From an uncultured Candidatus Saccharibacteria bacterium (GTDB lineage Bacteria; Patescibacteriota; Doudnabacteria; UBA920), in assembly GCA_964612745.1 (NCBI GenBank), contig CAZTCH010000004.1:29382-93381 (forward strand): a stretch of 64,000 nucleotides of DNA, written 5' to 3'. Under the pieces are notes generated by a model. That model was not told where the DNA came from and did no database searches. It saw nothing but the letters and a program-made list of their open reading frames with translations. The translations under genes were made by a program, and so were the position numbers. Shown here one piece after another: positions 39,219-49,217 of this stretch (the first letter of the stretch is position 1; each line of letters begins with the position of its first letter).

Positions 39219-40085
39219 ATGTCGAGTGGAATTCTATTTGCAATCTGCGCGCTCTTTGCGTGGGCCTTCGATGATTTTTACATCGGTCGCGCTACCAAAA
39301 AAATCCAGAGTCTTCCGGCACTACTTGGTCTTTCCGTGCTTGGTCTGGTTATCCTCACTCCATTTGTGCTACCGCAACTTGTATCCCTGTCTATTTCCAC
39401 ACAATTGTGGACGGCTTTGTTCTACCTTGTACTCTGTACATGCGTGGCTGCATATGCAGATTTTGAAGCGCTGAGACTGGGCAAGCTTTCCGTTATCGAT
39501 GCATTGTACGCATTCGAAATTCCGATAACTGCCATATTAGCTTTTGCGTTTCTTGGAGAACGTTTGAGCCCAGTGCAGATATGCCTTGTCGTAAGTCTTG
39601 TGACAGGAATGCTCCTTGTGGCTACACAAAATCTTCCGAGCCGCAAAACATTTCACTGGGAAAAAGGTGTCGGTTATGCCATTATATCGATTATCTGCAT
39701 GGGTGCGGTGAATTTTTTAATCGGCTATAGCGCCCGCCTGAGCAGTCCACTCTTGGTAAATTGGGTTAGTTACTTTGGCCTCGCTTTGTTTAGCATGACC
39801 CTGCTCTCTCTGAAAGGGGTTTTTATAAAAACAATAGGTATAGTTCGGGAGAATAAGCGCTTTGTGATCCCACTGGCAATAGCCGATGTGATTGCGTGGT
39901 CAGCGTTTGCCTATAGCACCACTCGTATCCCTATTGGCATTGCCACTGCGATTAGCGAAACCTACATACTCGTTGCAATTATACTTGGCATTACACTCAA
40001 CAAAGAGCGGATAACCCCACGGCAAGTACTAGGTATATGCATTACGCTGACGAGTGGTGGATTACTCCTCTTCACGCTTACCTAA
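39219..40085 (+). CDS. EamA/DMT-family transporter
   Basis: 288 aa; about 10 TM helices with the two-repeat EamA pattern. Confidence 0.7.
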   Translation: MSSGILFAICALFAWAFDDFYIGRATKKIQSLPALLGLSVLGLVILTPFVLPQLVSLSISTQLWTALFYLVLCTCVAAYADFEALRLGKLSVIDALYAFEIPITAILAFAFLGERLSPVQICLVVSLVTGMLLVATQNLPSRKTFHWEKGVGYAIISIICMGAVNFLIGYSARLSSPLLVNWVSYFGLALFSMTLLSLKGVFIKTIGIVRENKRFVIPLAIADVIAWSAFAYSTTRIPIGIATAISETYILVAIILGITLNKERITPRQVLGICITLTSGGLLLFTLT

Positions 40086-40103
40086 GCAAAAGAAAAGACA
40101 GCT

Positions 40104-41240
40104 TTAGAAGCTGTCTTTTATATTTTCCCAAAAACTTTTGTTGACTGAAATACTTTCTCCATTCAGCTCGCCGAGCTGCTCTATGAGTTCTCGCTCTTTC
40201 TTTGCTAGTTTATTTGGAATAATTACCCGAACAGTCAGGAGTAAATCACCTCGCTTACCAGAGTTTACGTGCGGTACCCCTTTATTTGAAACCTTTAGCA
40301 CTGTACCTGGTTGCGTTCCTGCCGGCACCTTCACTTCCAAAAGTTCGTCCACTGTCTTCACCTCTAGCTTTGCGCCCAAAGCCGCCTGTACGAAGCTAAT
40401 AGGCACTTCTTTATGTAAGTTATACCCGTCTCTGCGAAACTCTTTCGAAGCTGCTACGCGCACAACCAAATACAAATCTCCTGCATTGGATCCTTTATAG
40501 CCAACTTCCCCTTCTCCTTGCATGCGGATACGTTGCCCGTTGTCAATACCTGCAGGGATTTTTACTTCGAGTGTTTTTGGTCTGCGCAACACACCAGATC
40601 CACGACAGATACTACAGGCAACCTCGGGCGTTTTTCCGTCACCCTCACACTGGTCACAGGTGGCTGCAGACTGCATGTTGCCAAAGATTGTCCGTTTGGT
40701 AGTGAGTATCTGCCCTTGCCCATGACACTTCGAACATGTTACCACCTTGGAGCCTTCTGCCGCACCAGTCCCGTGACACACATGGCAGGTGTCTTGTTTT
40801 TCCAGCGTAACACTTTTTGTCACGCCATGGACTGACTCTTCAAAAGAAATACTGAGTGGCATTTCCAAATCTATGCCACGGTTTCGTCTGGACTGCGCCC
40901 CCGCACCACGCCCACCACCAAAAATATCGGAGAAAATATCCCCCAAATCAAATTCAACACCACCTTGACCACCAAAGCCAAAGCCATCAAATGGATTACC
41001 CGCCTGACCACCACCAAAACCACCCGCTTGCTGGTAGTTCTCGCCAAACCGGTCATACTGAGAACGCTTCCCTTGATCAGAAAGTACTTGGTATGCTTCG
41101 TTGACTTCTTTAAATTTTTCTTCGTTTCCTGAACCTTTATCTGGATGAAATTCGTGCGCTTTCTTGCGATACGCTTTTTTTATCTCATCGGCAGATGCAG
41201 ATTTGGAAACACCTAAAATGTCGTAAAAGTTTTTTGCCAT
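40104..41240 (-). CDS. dnaJ: chaperone DnaJ
   Basis: 378 aa; J domain (YDILGV...HPDK), G/F region, four CxxCxGxG repeats. Confidence 0.95.
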   Translation of the reverse strand: MAKNFYDILGVSKSASADEIKKAYRKKAHEFHPDKGSGNEEKFKEVNEAYQVLSDQGKRSQYDRFGENYQQAGGFGGGQAGNPFDGFGFGGQGGVEFDLGDIFSDIFGGGRGAGAQSRRNRGIDLEMPLSISFEESVHGVTKSVTLEKQDTCHVCHGTGAAEGSKVVTCSKCHGQGQILTTKRTIFGNMQSAATCDQCEGDGKTPEVACSICRGSGVLRRPKTLEVKIPAGIDNGQRIRMQGEGEVGYKGSNAGDLYLVVRVAASKEFRRDGYNLHKEVPISFVQAALGAKLEVKTVDELLEVKVPAGTQPGTVLKVSNKGVPHVNSGKRGDLLLTVRVIIPNKLAKKERELIEQLGELNGESISVNKSFWENIKDSF

Positions 41241-41280
41241 AGTAGTAAAGCTTATAGCGAGATACCTAATACCTTATAGA

Positions 41281-41643
41281 TCAAGAGCGCATGGTGTTAA
41301 TCATAGCATTCAACATTTTCATAACTTCTGTAAGCACACTTTTTACCTTTTTAATTTCATTTTGATTTGCAAGCCCCAGCATAGAAGCAACTTCTATCTG
41401 AGTTTCAAGTTCTGCGCCTGAAGCAAAAGCGATGGTAAGAAACTGACAATAATCTTTTTTGGTGCTTCTATATCTACCCTCAGCAATATTTGAAGGAATA
41501 GAAACTGCACTGCGCCTCATCTGCGACACTAAACCGAACCTTTCAGCATCAGGAAACTGAGCACTGAGCTCATAAACAAATTTAACTACCACCATTGCTT
41601 TTTGCCAAACAATTAAATCTCTATAACTTTGCTTTGTTTCCAT
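41281..41643 (-). CDS. four-helix-bundle protein (TIGR02436 / '23S rRNA intervening-sequence protein' family; same fold family as DGR Avd)
   Basis: 120 aa; YRDLIVWQKA...SQMRRSAVSIPSNIAEGRYR...FLTIAFASGAELETQIEVA. Inserted between DUF3467 and dnaJ inside the dnaK operon. Confidence 0.85.
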   Translation of the reverse strand: METKQSYRDLIVWQKAMVVVKFVYELSAQFPDAERFGLVSQMRRSAVSIPSNIAEGRYRSTKKDYCQFLTIAFASGAELETQIEVASMLGLANQNEIKKVKSVLTEVMKMLNAMINTMRS

Positions 41644-41698
41644 AGATTATTCTGCTATAAGCTATTTTGCTATGAAATGCCCACCTAACAACTATCCG

Positions 41699-41754
41699 CT
41701 ATAAGGTATAAGGTATCAGGTATAAGGTATCAGGTATAAGGTATCAGGTATAAC
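41699..41754. repeat. tandem GGTATAA/GGTATCA heptamers x8
   Basis: GGTATAAGGTATCAGGTATAAGGTATCAGG..., directly upstream of the 4HB gene. Confidence 0.9.
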
Positions 41755-42063
41755 CTACTCCGTTCTAAACCCTATATGCGGCTGTTGGTCGCTTCCGGCT
41801 TTGATTACTCCAAACTGATCTTCGTACCGCTTCACGTTTTCTTGGAGCGCTGCAGCAAGACGCTTGGCATGCTGCGGTGAAAGTATAACGCGCGCTGTCA
41901 CAACCCCAGAGGGTGGAAACAAGTTCATAAAGTCTATTATGAACTCTTCTGGCGTATGCGCTACTTGTGCCATATTGGCGTACACACCTGCCAAGATTTC
42001 GTCACTCAACTTTACCTGCATCTGGCCTTGCCCTTGTGGAGCCTGTGGATTATTTTGTTGCAT
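41755..42063 (-). CDS. DUF3467-family protein
   Basis: 102 aa; EEFIIDFMNLFPP...ARVILSPQHAKRLAAALQENVKRYE. Confidence 0.6.
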   Translation of the reverse strand: MQQNNPQAPQGQGQMQVKLSDEILAGVYANMAQVAHTPEEFIIDFMNLFPPSGVVTARVILSPQHAKRLAAALQENVKRYEDQFGVIKAGSDQQPHIGFRTE

Positions 42064-42397
42064 GTACGTTTTTTCTAAGTATTAGTTTAGTTTATTTATT
42101 ATTAGCTTTGCGGTAACATCAAAGTAATTAATCGCAACAGCCAAACCATTTCACACAGTAGCACCTACTGTGCCCGCCAAAGCTGTAATCTAGCAAGCCA
42201 CTTCAGCCAAAAGAAGACGAGCGTCTTCTTAAAACCAAAACTGTTCGAATGATGTCGCCCGTGGGCATCGGGGAGGTGGTCCAGTTTTTGCCGAAAATTC
42301 AGTCGCTCAGTAAACTGAGCAAAGGAGGAAACAAGATCGGGTCCGAGTCAACACAACCCTGACACGCACAGCAATGTGCGCGTCAGGGTTGCTTCTT

Positions 42398-44284
42398 TTA
42401 TTTCTTCTCTTCGAATTCTGCATCCACTGTCGGGCTACCATCTGCATTTGGTTGTGCACCACCGTCTGCCGAAGCCCCTGCTGCGGAGTCCGCCGTAGCT
42501 TCAGCGGAGGAGGAATACATCGCTGCTCCTACTTTCTGGATAGCGTCAGACAGTTCAGACATAGCTTTCTGAATAGCTTCGGTGTCTTCTTTGTCTTTTA
42601 CTTCTTTTAAGGCAGCTACTTTTGCTTCCACTGCTGCTTTGTCTTCTGCAGCAGCTTTTTCACCAGCGTCTTTCAAAGTTTTTTCGGACACAGCAATAAG
42701 CTGGTCTGCTTGGTTGCGCAAATCAATTACCTCGCGACGCTTCTTGTCTTCGGACGCATGCGTTTCTGCTTCTTGTTTCATGCGTTCAACTTCTTCTTTG
42801 GACAAGTTAGAAGAACCTTGAATTGTAATGTGCTGCTCTTTACCACTCGCCTTGTCTTTTGCTTTTACAGTCAAAATACCATTCGCATCAATATCGAAAG
42901 TTACTTCTACTTGTGGTACGCCACGAGGTGCTGGAGGTAACCCGTCCAAAATAAACCGACCGAGCGACTTGTTGTCTTGGGCAAACTCACGCTCACCTTG
43001 CAGCACATTGATTTCTACTGATGTCTGATTATCTGCTGCAGTAGAAAATACTTGTGACTTGGAAGTTGGTACAGTGGTATTGCGGTCAATTAATGGAGTG
43101 CGAATGCCGCCCATGGTTTCCAACCCCAAGGTCAAAGGAGTCACGTCCAAAAGCAGAATTTCTTTTCCTTGTACGTCACCAGACAAAATGCCTGCTTGAA
43201 TTGCAGCACCTTTTGCCACTGCTTCCATTGGGTCTACGCCACGCTCTACTTGCTTGCCAATGAACTCTTCCACGAACTTCTGCACTACCGGCATGCGAGT
43301 TGGCCCACCAATCAAAATGATCTTGTCGATTTGTGTTGGGGTCAACTTGGCATCACCCAGAGCTTGGGTTACTGGCTGACGCATGCGATCCACAATAGGC
43401 TTTACTAAATCTTCTAGTCCTGCGCGGGTGTATTTCTTTTGGAAATGCTTTGGCCCATTCGCGTCTGCGGTTATAAACGGCAAGTTAATTTCCGTTTCCA
43501 AGGTAGTAGAAAGTTCTATCTTAGCCTTTTCCGCTGCTTCTCTAACGCGGTTCATAGCCATCTTATCTGTTGTCACATCGACACCTTGTTCAGTCTTGAT
43601 GTCTGCTAAAATACGATCGATAAAGGCCTTGTCCATATCCTTCCCACCAAGCGCTGTATCACCAGAAGTAGAAAGTACTTCAAAAGTCGCTTGCTGCTTC
43701 CCGTCCTCTTCCACTTCACTAAAATCCATAATGGTGACATCGAGCGTACCACCACCCAAATCGAATACTAAAATTTTCTGGTCCTTTGCCGATGTTTTAT
43801 CTAACCCGTAGGCAAATGCAGCAGCAGTAGGTTCGTTGATAACACGTACTACTTCCAAGCCAGCAATCTCACCAGCATTTTTTGTTGCTTGACGTTGAGC
43901 ATCATCAAAATACGCAGGTACGGTAATAACTGCTTTTTCAACTTTACCACCAGTGTAGCTTTCTGCATCACGCTTTATCTTTTGCAAGATAAATGCCGAA
44001 ATTTGCTCAGGGGCATATTCTTTGCCGTTTGCAGAGAACTTTTGACTCGTTCCCATCTTGCGCTTGGCTTCAAAAATAGTACCGTCTGGGTTCGTAACAG
44101 CTTGTCTACGAGCTGGTTCCCCTACCAAAAGCTCACCTTCTTTTGTAAATGCTACATAGGAAGGAAATGCTTTCCCACCCAAAGAAGCACCTTCTGCAGC
44201 TGGAATGATTACTGCTTTGCCGCCTTCCATTACAGAAGCTGCACTGTTGGAAGTACCTAAGTCAATACCAATTATTTTACTCAT
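42398..44284 (-). CDS. dnaK: chaperone DnaK (Hsp70)
   Basis: 628 aa; [18 protein letters not shown], and a C-terminal EEKK-like acidic tail. Confidence 0.97.
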   Translation of the reverse strand: MSKIIGIDLGTSNSAASVMEGGKAVIIPAAEGASLGGKAFPSYVAFTKEGELLVGEPARRQAVTNPDGTIFEAKRKMGTSQKFSANGKEYAPEQISAFILQKIKRDAESYTGGKVEKAVITVPAYFDDAQRQATKNAGEIAGLEVVRVINEPTAAAFAYGLDKTSAKDQKILVFDLGGGTLDVTIMDFSEVEEDGKQQATFEVLSTSGDTALGGKDMDKAFIDRILADIKTEQGVDVTTDKMAMNRVREAAEKAKIELSTTLETEINLPFITADANGPKHFQKKYTRAGLEDLVKPIVDRMRQPVTQALGDAKLTPTQIDKIILIGGPTRMPVVQKFVEEFIGKQVERGVDPMEAVAKGAAIQAGILSGDVQGKEILLLDVTPLTLGLETMGGIRTPLIDRNTTVPTSKSQVFSTAADNQTSVEINVLQGEREFAQDNKSLGRFILDGLPPAPRGVPQVEVTFDIDANGILTVKAKDKASGKEQHITIQGSSNLSKEEVERMKQEAETHASEDKKRREVIDLRNQADQLIAVSEKTLKDAGEKAAAEDKAAVEAKVAALKEVKDKEDTEAIQKAMSELSDAIQKVGAAMYSSSAEATADSAAGASADGGAQPNADGSPTVDAEFEEKK

Positions 44285-44411
44285 ATAAGTATGATTCTTG
44301 TATTACTAATAAACTATCTATTTTAATACAACGTATATACATTTAGTTGGACTTGGCCCAAAATCTGAAAGCAAACTCGTTACTTCCATATTTTGGACCA
44401 ACCCCTATACC

Positions 44412-44747
44412 TTACAACTCGTCTATTGATAACTTTTTAAATGCACCAATAGACATACCGACAATCTTCGTACTCCCGAGCAATTTACGAGAGGTAGCAA
44501 AATCAGATTGGAACTCATCTTTCAACTTCACAAAGACATTCCCTTCTGAACCATCTGACTGTCGCTTCACATGCAATATAATCTTTTTCTTGTTCAGTGT
44601 TTTTCCGGTAATAACACAGTCACTTTGGCTCAGTGCCGGAATATCCGAAGACTTGTCTTCCCATTCGAGAATATCACCTACATCAAACTGATCTTTAATA
44701 AGCATGGTATCTGTTGTTCTGCGCTGATTAGTTATTTCTATTTGCAT
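44412..44747 (-). CDS. hypothetical small protein between dnaK and grpE
   Basis: 111 aa; no motif recognised; coding potential supported only by ORF length and its position in the operon. Confidence 0.4.
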   Translation of the reverse strand: MQIEITNQRRTTDTMLIKDQFDVGDILEWEDKSSDIPALSQSDCVITGKTLNKKKIILHVKRQSDGSEGNVFVKLKDEFQSDFATSRKLLGSTKIVGMSIGAFKKLSIDEL

Positions 44748-44770
44748 AGAAGACGCGCTTTGAGACTGAA

Positions 44771-45334
44771 TTAGTTCGCTTGCTTGCCAATTGCGACTTG
44801 CGCTGGACGTATGAGTTTCCCATTCAGCGTAAACCCTGTTTGGTACACTTGTACGACTACCCCCACCTCCCCGCCATCTACTTCTCGAACAGCTTCGTGG
44901 AAATTGGGATCAAACTTTTGCCCCATGGCTTCTATCTTTGTTACCCCGAGCTCTTCCAAAGCTTTATCTAACTGCTTTACGAAGCCTGCAACACCAGACT
45001 GCCACGTTGCATAGTCTTCCACAAACTTTTTTGCATCCTGACCGCTATCCCTGGTCCATTGCCCGCTCGCCTCAGGTGCGTGCTTCAAAGCTTGTTCGAG
45101 CGTATCTAAGCTTGGTAACAATTTGGCCACCGCTACCTCTCGAGCGAAATCAATGAGCTCCGCATTTTCCTGTTCTTTCCGCTTTTGGTAATTTTGGAAA
45201 TCCGCCTCGCTGCGTCGCCAGCCATTTAAATTTCGTTCTGCTTCTGCACGAGCATCAAACAGTTGTTGGTGCAAATCTGCAGCGTCCTCACTGACTATTT
45301 GTTGTGCATTATCTTGTTCATTCATGTGTTTCAT
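44771..45334 (-). CDS. grpE: nucleotide exchange factor GrpE
   Basis: 187 aa; coiled-coil N-terminus and the GrpE beta domain (GFTLNGKLIRPAQV). Confidence 0.9.
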   Translation of the reverse strand: MKHMNEQDNAQQIVSEDAADLHQQLFDARAEAERNLNGWRRSEADFQNYQKRKEQENAELIDFAREVAVAKLLPSLDTLEQALKHAPEASGQWTRDSGQDAKKFVEDYATWQSGVAGFVKQLDKALEELGVTKIEAMGQKFDPNFHEAVREVDGGEVGVVVQVYQTGFTLNGKLIRPAQVAIGKQAN

Positions 45335-45417
45335 TTAAACATACAAGCATCGAAGCATACAAACAATTGAGCGCACCCTGTTTATATGTTTACACGTTCG
45401 ATGCTTACATGACTGTA

Positions 45418-46158
45418 TTATTTCTCTTTCCCTCCAAGCAGTTTACTAATGTACTCCATGAGACTGACGTTCTTCTCGTATTGCATTGCCTTTGGTCCAA
45501 TAAGACCAAGCACACCCTTTTTACCAGAAGGTAGATTTAAGCCAGACACAATCATGCTGTAATCGCTGCCTTGAGAAAGAGCTATTTCTTTTACGTCACT
45601 CCCAATCATCGCTTTTGGAGAATCGCTTCCACTAAACTCTTTCAGAAGCTCCGGAGCTTTGTCGTCTATGTTGTCAAAAAACTCTGCGACGGCCTTGGCA
45701 TCGTCTGCGGTAAGCTGGGGGTTCCCCAAAAGATTTGCAATACCCATGGTAGACGAATCTTCTGGAAACAAAGCGAAGCTTGCGCCACCAGAAATCTCTG
45801 CGGTGAGCCGTGCTAGTCTTCGACTCATTTCGACATGTGCTGTTTGTAAATGTGCAATTTCTCTCCGCAATCGTTCTTGCTCTTTCATGGATAGCTTCAC
45901 CCGCTCCATAAGCTCCGTTACAAAGTAGCGAAAACCCATATCGGTCGGTACTCTTCCTGCGGACGTATGCGGTTGCATTATGTATCCCAACTTTTCAAGC
46001 ACCTGCATTTCGTTACGAATACTTGCACCCGACAAATCAAAGTAGTCTTTCTCTACTAAATCCTTGCTGGCGACCGGCTGGCCGGTATCGCAATTTTCTT
46101 TCACAATTGCAGCCAAAATCTTGGCTTGGCGAGATGATATCTCTGGGTAATCTGACAT
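45418..46158 (-). CDS. hrcA: heat-inducible transcription repressor HrcA
   Basis: N-terminal wHTH (RQAKILAAIVKENCDTGQPVASKDL); start at MSDYPEISS. Confidence 0.9.
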   Translation of the reverse strand: MSDYPEISSRQAKILAAIVKENCDTGQPVASKDLVEKDYFDLSGASIRNEMQVLEKLGYIMQPHTSAGRVPTDMGFRYFVTELMERVKLSMKEQERLRREIAHLQTAHVEMSRRLARLTAEISGGASFALFPEDSSTMGIANLLGNPQLTADDAKAVAEFFDNIDDKAPELLKEFSGSDSPKAMIGSDVKEIALSQGSDYSMIVSGLNLPSGKKGVLGLIGPKAMQYEKNVSLMEYISKLLGGKEK

Positions 46159-46178
46159 GCATATAGAATATAAAAATA

Positions 46179-46205
46179 TTATCACTCTGTCAAGAAGAGT
46201 GACAA
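46179..46205. promoter_or_regulatory. CIRCE-variant operator TTATCACTC-N9-GAGTGACAA, 20 bp upstream of hrcA
   Basis: 9-bp inverted repeat with a 9-bp spacer. It matches CIRCE (TTAGCACTC-N9-GAGTGCTAA) in 7 of 9 positions in each half. Confidence 0.6.
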
Positions 46206-46298
46206 TATGAAAACATCACGCTATGTAAAGTTGACTTGACATTACATACGCCCCCATATATGCTCTCTATATATTACTAAGTGTTCAGATTCAATCGC

Positions 46299-46799
46299 AT
46301 GAAACAAACAAAAGCTGCCTTTGCCCTCCTTGCTGTAGTTTTTATCGCTGCAGGATGCAGTAAAGCAACCACGCAAAACAACGAGCCAACACCGACCCCG
46401 CTCCCAAGCCAAGCACAAGAGAGTACTCCCCTCCCTACTCCAAGTAAGATGAGCCTCAATCAACCATCACCCACCACTCCTACGGCCACTGCACAATATA
46501 AAGACTACTCAGCAGATGCTGTTGCCAAAGCCCAACAAGAAAACAAACGAGTGGTGCTATTTTTCCACGCAGCATGGTGTCCTACCTGTATAGCTGCAAA
46601 CAAAGCATTTAACGCAAACACGAACCAACTCCCCGCAGATGTTGTATTGCTCAAAACTGACTACGACACAGAAACAACACTCAAGAAAAAATATGCAATC
46701 ACCTACCAACACACATTCGTGCAAATAGATGCTTCCGGTAACCAAATAAGCAAGTGGACCGGTGGAGACGTGGAGAGTTTGAAGAAATACTTAAAATAG
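46299..46799 (+). CDS. thioredoxin-fold lipoprotein (WCPTC active site)
   Basis: Lipobox LAAGC; Pro/Thr-rich linker; LFFHAAWCPTC. Confidence 0.75.
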   Translation: MKQTKAAFALLAVVFIAAGCSKATTQNNEPTPTPLPSQAQESTPLPTPSKMSLNQPSPTTPTATAQYKDYSADAVAKAQQENKRVVLFFHAAWCPTCIAANKAFNANTNQLPADVVLLKTDYDTETTLKKKYAITYQHTFVQIDASGNQISKWTGGDVESLKKYLK

Positions 46800-46834
46800 C
46801 TATTAGGTGCTAGGAACTAGCTTCTAGTAAACAT

Positions 46835-47200
46835 ATGATTCAAAGCCATAAAGACCTCATAGTTTGGCAAAAGTCGATTACCTTAGTGACAGAGATTTAC
46901 CTTCTTACAAAAAACTTTCCGAAGGAAGAAATGTTTGGCCTAACGAGCCAAATTCGACGTACGGCAGTCTCAATACCTGCAAATATCGCCGAAGGTAGGA
47001 ACAGAGGTAGTAAAAGAGATTTTAGACACTTTTTATTGATTGCTTTTGCATCAGCAAATGAATTAGAGACACATTTGCTTATAGCAAAAAACCTATCTTA
47101 CACCACAGAAAATGAATTTTCTAGCACAACTGTTGCCACCACAGAAATATGCAAAATGTTGAGCACGATGATTAATAAATTGTCTGAACCTAGCTCCTAG
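46835..47200 (+). CDS. four-helix-bundle protein (TIGR02436 family), second copy
   Basis: 121 aa; HKDLIVWQKS...SQIRRTAVSIPANIAEGRNRGSKRDFRHFLLIAFASANELETHLLIA. Confidence 0.85.
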   Translation: MIQSHKDLIVWQKSITLVTEIYLLTKNFPKEEMFGLTSQIRRTAVSIPANIAEGRNRGSKRDFRHFLLIAFASANELETHLLIAKNLSYTTENEFSSTTVATTEICKMLSTMINKLSEPSS

Positions 47201-47224
47201 ATCCTAACTCCTAACAGCTATCCT

Positions 47225-48856
47225 ATGATTGAACTTCTTCTCTCCTTCATTGCCGGCATACTGACTATTGCCGCTCCGTGCATACTGTTGCCGTTGCCCA
47301 TTCTTCTTGGCGCATCGGTTGGACAATCGCATAAAGCTCGCCCACTGTTTATTACAGCCGGGTTTGTGGTCACTTTTTCCGCGCTCGGAATTAGCATTAA
47401 CCTGCTCGTTCGCACACTTGGCATTGACCCAACAACACTGAGACATGCTGCAGTAGTTCTCCTGAGTCTGTTTGCCCTGTTCATGATTTGGCCAACACCC
47501 TTTGAGCGAGCCATGCAACACATGTCCGGACTCATTGCAAAAGCTGCAAAAACTGGCCAGCGCGCTGGGTCTGGTAACTGGGGTGGTTTTGTTATGGGTG
47601 TAATTATTGGCGTTGTCTGGGCACCATGCGCTGGGCCAATATTGGGCTCTATTTTAACACTCATCGCTCAGGAGTCCGAATCACTCCAAGCTTTTGCCTT
47701 GCTCGTCGCCTACTCTCTAGGGGCTGGAGTACCCATGCTACTTATTGCCTATGGCAGCCAAACTTTGAGCACAAAAATAAAGGTAATCGCTCAGTACGCA
47801 ACTCGTCTCCAACAAGTTTTTGGAGTCATCCTACTTTTAGTAGCTGCAAGCATTTATTTCCAATACGATACAAAAATCCAAGCATACTTAGTAGAGCAGT
47901 TTCCTGTGTTCGGTACGACACTGGAAAGCAAAATCCAAAAACAACTCGCGCCAACGCCAACCCCTTCCAGCAGCAACGCGCCAGCTCCAGAATTTTCCGA
48001 AATTTCTGCTTGGTTAAATACGTCTGAGCCAATTACACTTTCCTCCCTCCGTGGCAAAGTAGTCTTAGTAGATTTCTGGACATACTCGTGCATTAATTGT
48101 GTGCGTACCTTACCGTACATAACCAAACTGTACGAAACATACAAAGACCAAGGACTGGTAGTCATTGGCGTGCACACTCCGGAATTTGCTTTTGAGAAAG
48201 ACAAGACCAATGTTGCAAAAGCGCTTACGCAATACGACATTACATACCCCGTTGCTTTAGACAATGCATACGGCACATGGAATGCGTACGATAACCAATA
48301 CTGGCCAGCAAAATACCTTGTAGACCAACAAGGGAACATTATATACACCCACTTTGGTGAAGGCGCATACACAGAAACAGAAAACGCAGTCAGAAAACTG
48401 CTTGGACTTAGCACCAACACCACCCTCTCTGAAACGCCGAAAATAAATTACTCACAAACTCCAGAAATATATTTTGGTACCAATCGTCTTGAGTACTTTG
48501 CGTACTCCACCAAGCCCAGCTTTAACGCAACGGAATACGTCATCCCCAACAGACTCAGCCTGAACTATTTTGCACTGTCTGGAACATGGCAATTTAGCGC
48601 AGACAAAACCAAACTCACCAAGCCAACTGGTACAATCAAACTACACTTCCAAGGTAAGACTGTGTACATGGTTGCGGCAAGCCCAGAGAAAGCTCAAAGT
48701 GTGACTGTGCGAGCAGACAGTGGAGAAAATGCCACCGTGCAAATATCTGAGCACACCCTCTACCCCCTACTCCAATTCCCCACTGCTGGAGAACACACTA
48801 TTGAAATTAACATCCCCACCGCTGGGTTTGAGGCGTACACATTTACGTTTGGCTAA
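47225..48856 (+). CDS. DsbD/CcdA-like membrane thiol-disulfide transporter fused to a TlpA/ResA-type thioredoxin domain
   Basis: 543 aa; CcdA-type TM Cys (IAAPC..., VWAPCAGP) and C-terminal WTYSCINCVRTLP thioredoxin motif. Confidence 0.8.
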   Translation: MIELLLSFIAGILTIAAPCILLPLPILLGASVGQSHKARPLFITAGFVVTFSALGISINLLVRTLGIDPTTLRHAAVVLLSLFALFMIWPTPFERAMQHMSGLIAKAAKTGQRAGSGNWGGFVMGVIIGVVWAPCAGPILGSILTLIAQESESLQAFALLVAYSLGAGVPMLLIAYGSQTLSTKIKVIAQYATRLQQVFGVILLLVAASIYFQYDTKIQAYLVEQFPVFGTTLESKIQKQLAPTPTPSSSNAPAPEFSEISAWLNTSEPITLSSLRGKVVLVDFWTYSCINCVRTLPYITKLYETYKDQGLVVIGVHTPEFAFEKDKTNVAKALTQYDITYPVALDNAYGTWNAYDNQYWPAKYLVDQQGNIIYTHFGEGAYTETENAVRKLLGLSTNTTLSETPKINYSQTPEIYFGTNRLEYFAYSTKPSFNATEYVIPNRLSLNYFALSGTWQFSADKTKLTKPTGTIKLHFQGKTVYMVAASPEKAQSVTVRADSGENATVQISEHTLYPLLQFPTAGEHTIEINIPTAGFEAYTFTFG

Positions 48857-48993
48857 AGAACACAGATACACCCGACTTCGCTAAAGCTACGACGGGCAAG
48901 CAAGCAAAACCGATTACACGGATGCAAACCCACTGATGAACAGCATGAATCCGTGTTATCTGTGAAATCTGTGTATCTGTGGTTACACATAAT

Positions 48994-49191
48994 ATGACTA
49001 TTCAAAATTCACTCAAACACTACCGAACAGAAAAAAACCTCACGCAAGAAGACTTGGCGGAGGCTGTTGGCGTATCCAGACAAACCATCATCGCTATAGA
49101 GAAAGGTAACTACACTCCTTCGCTCATGCTTGCAATGCAGCTGGCGCAGTATTTTGCTGTGCCCGTAGAAAAGCTCTTTGTGGTATCCTAA
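48994..49191 (+). CDS. XRE-family HTH transcriptional regulator
   Basis: LTQEDLAEAVGVSRQTIIAIEKGNYTPSLMLAMQLAQYF, a Cro/CI-type HTH. Confidence 0.8.
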   Translation: MTIQNSLKHYRTEKNLTQEDLAEAVGVSRQTIIAIEKGNYTPSLMLAMQLAQYFAVPVEKLFVVS

Positions 49192-49217
49192 AGACTAGTA
49201 AGCAAACTTTATACCAT

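Noticed and set aside
42245-42358. 37-aa plus-strand ORF (MMSPVGIGEVVQFLPKIQ...) in the dnaK downstream spacer
   Set aside because: It has no SD and is not hydrophobic; it is more likely structured non-coding sequence.
41281-47200. 4HB (Avd-like) genes might indicate a diversity-generating retroelement
   Set aside because: There is no reverse transcriptase and no template/variable repeat pair anywhere in the window, so a DGR cannot be supported here.
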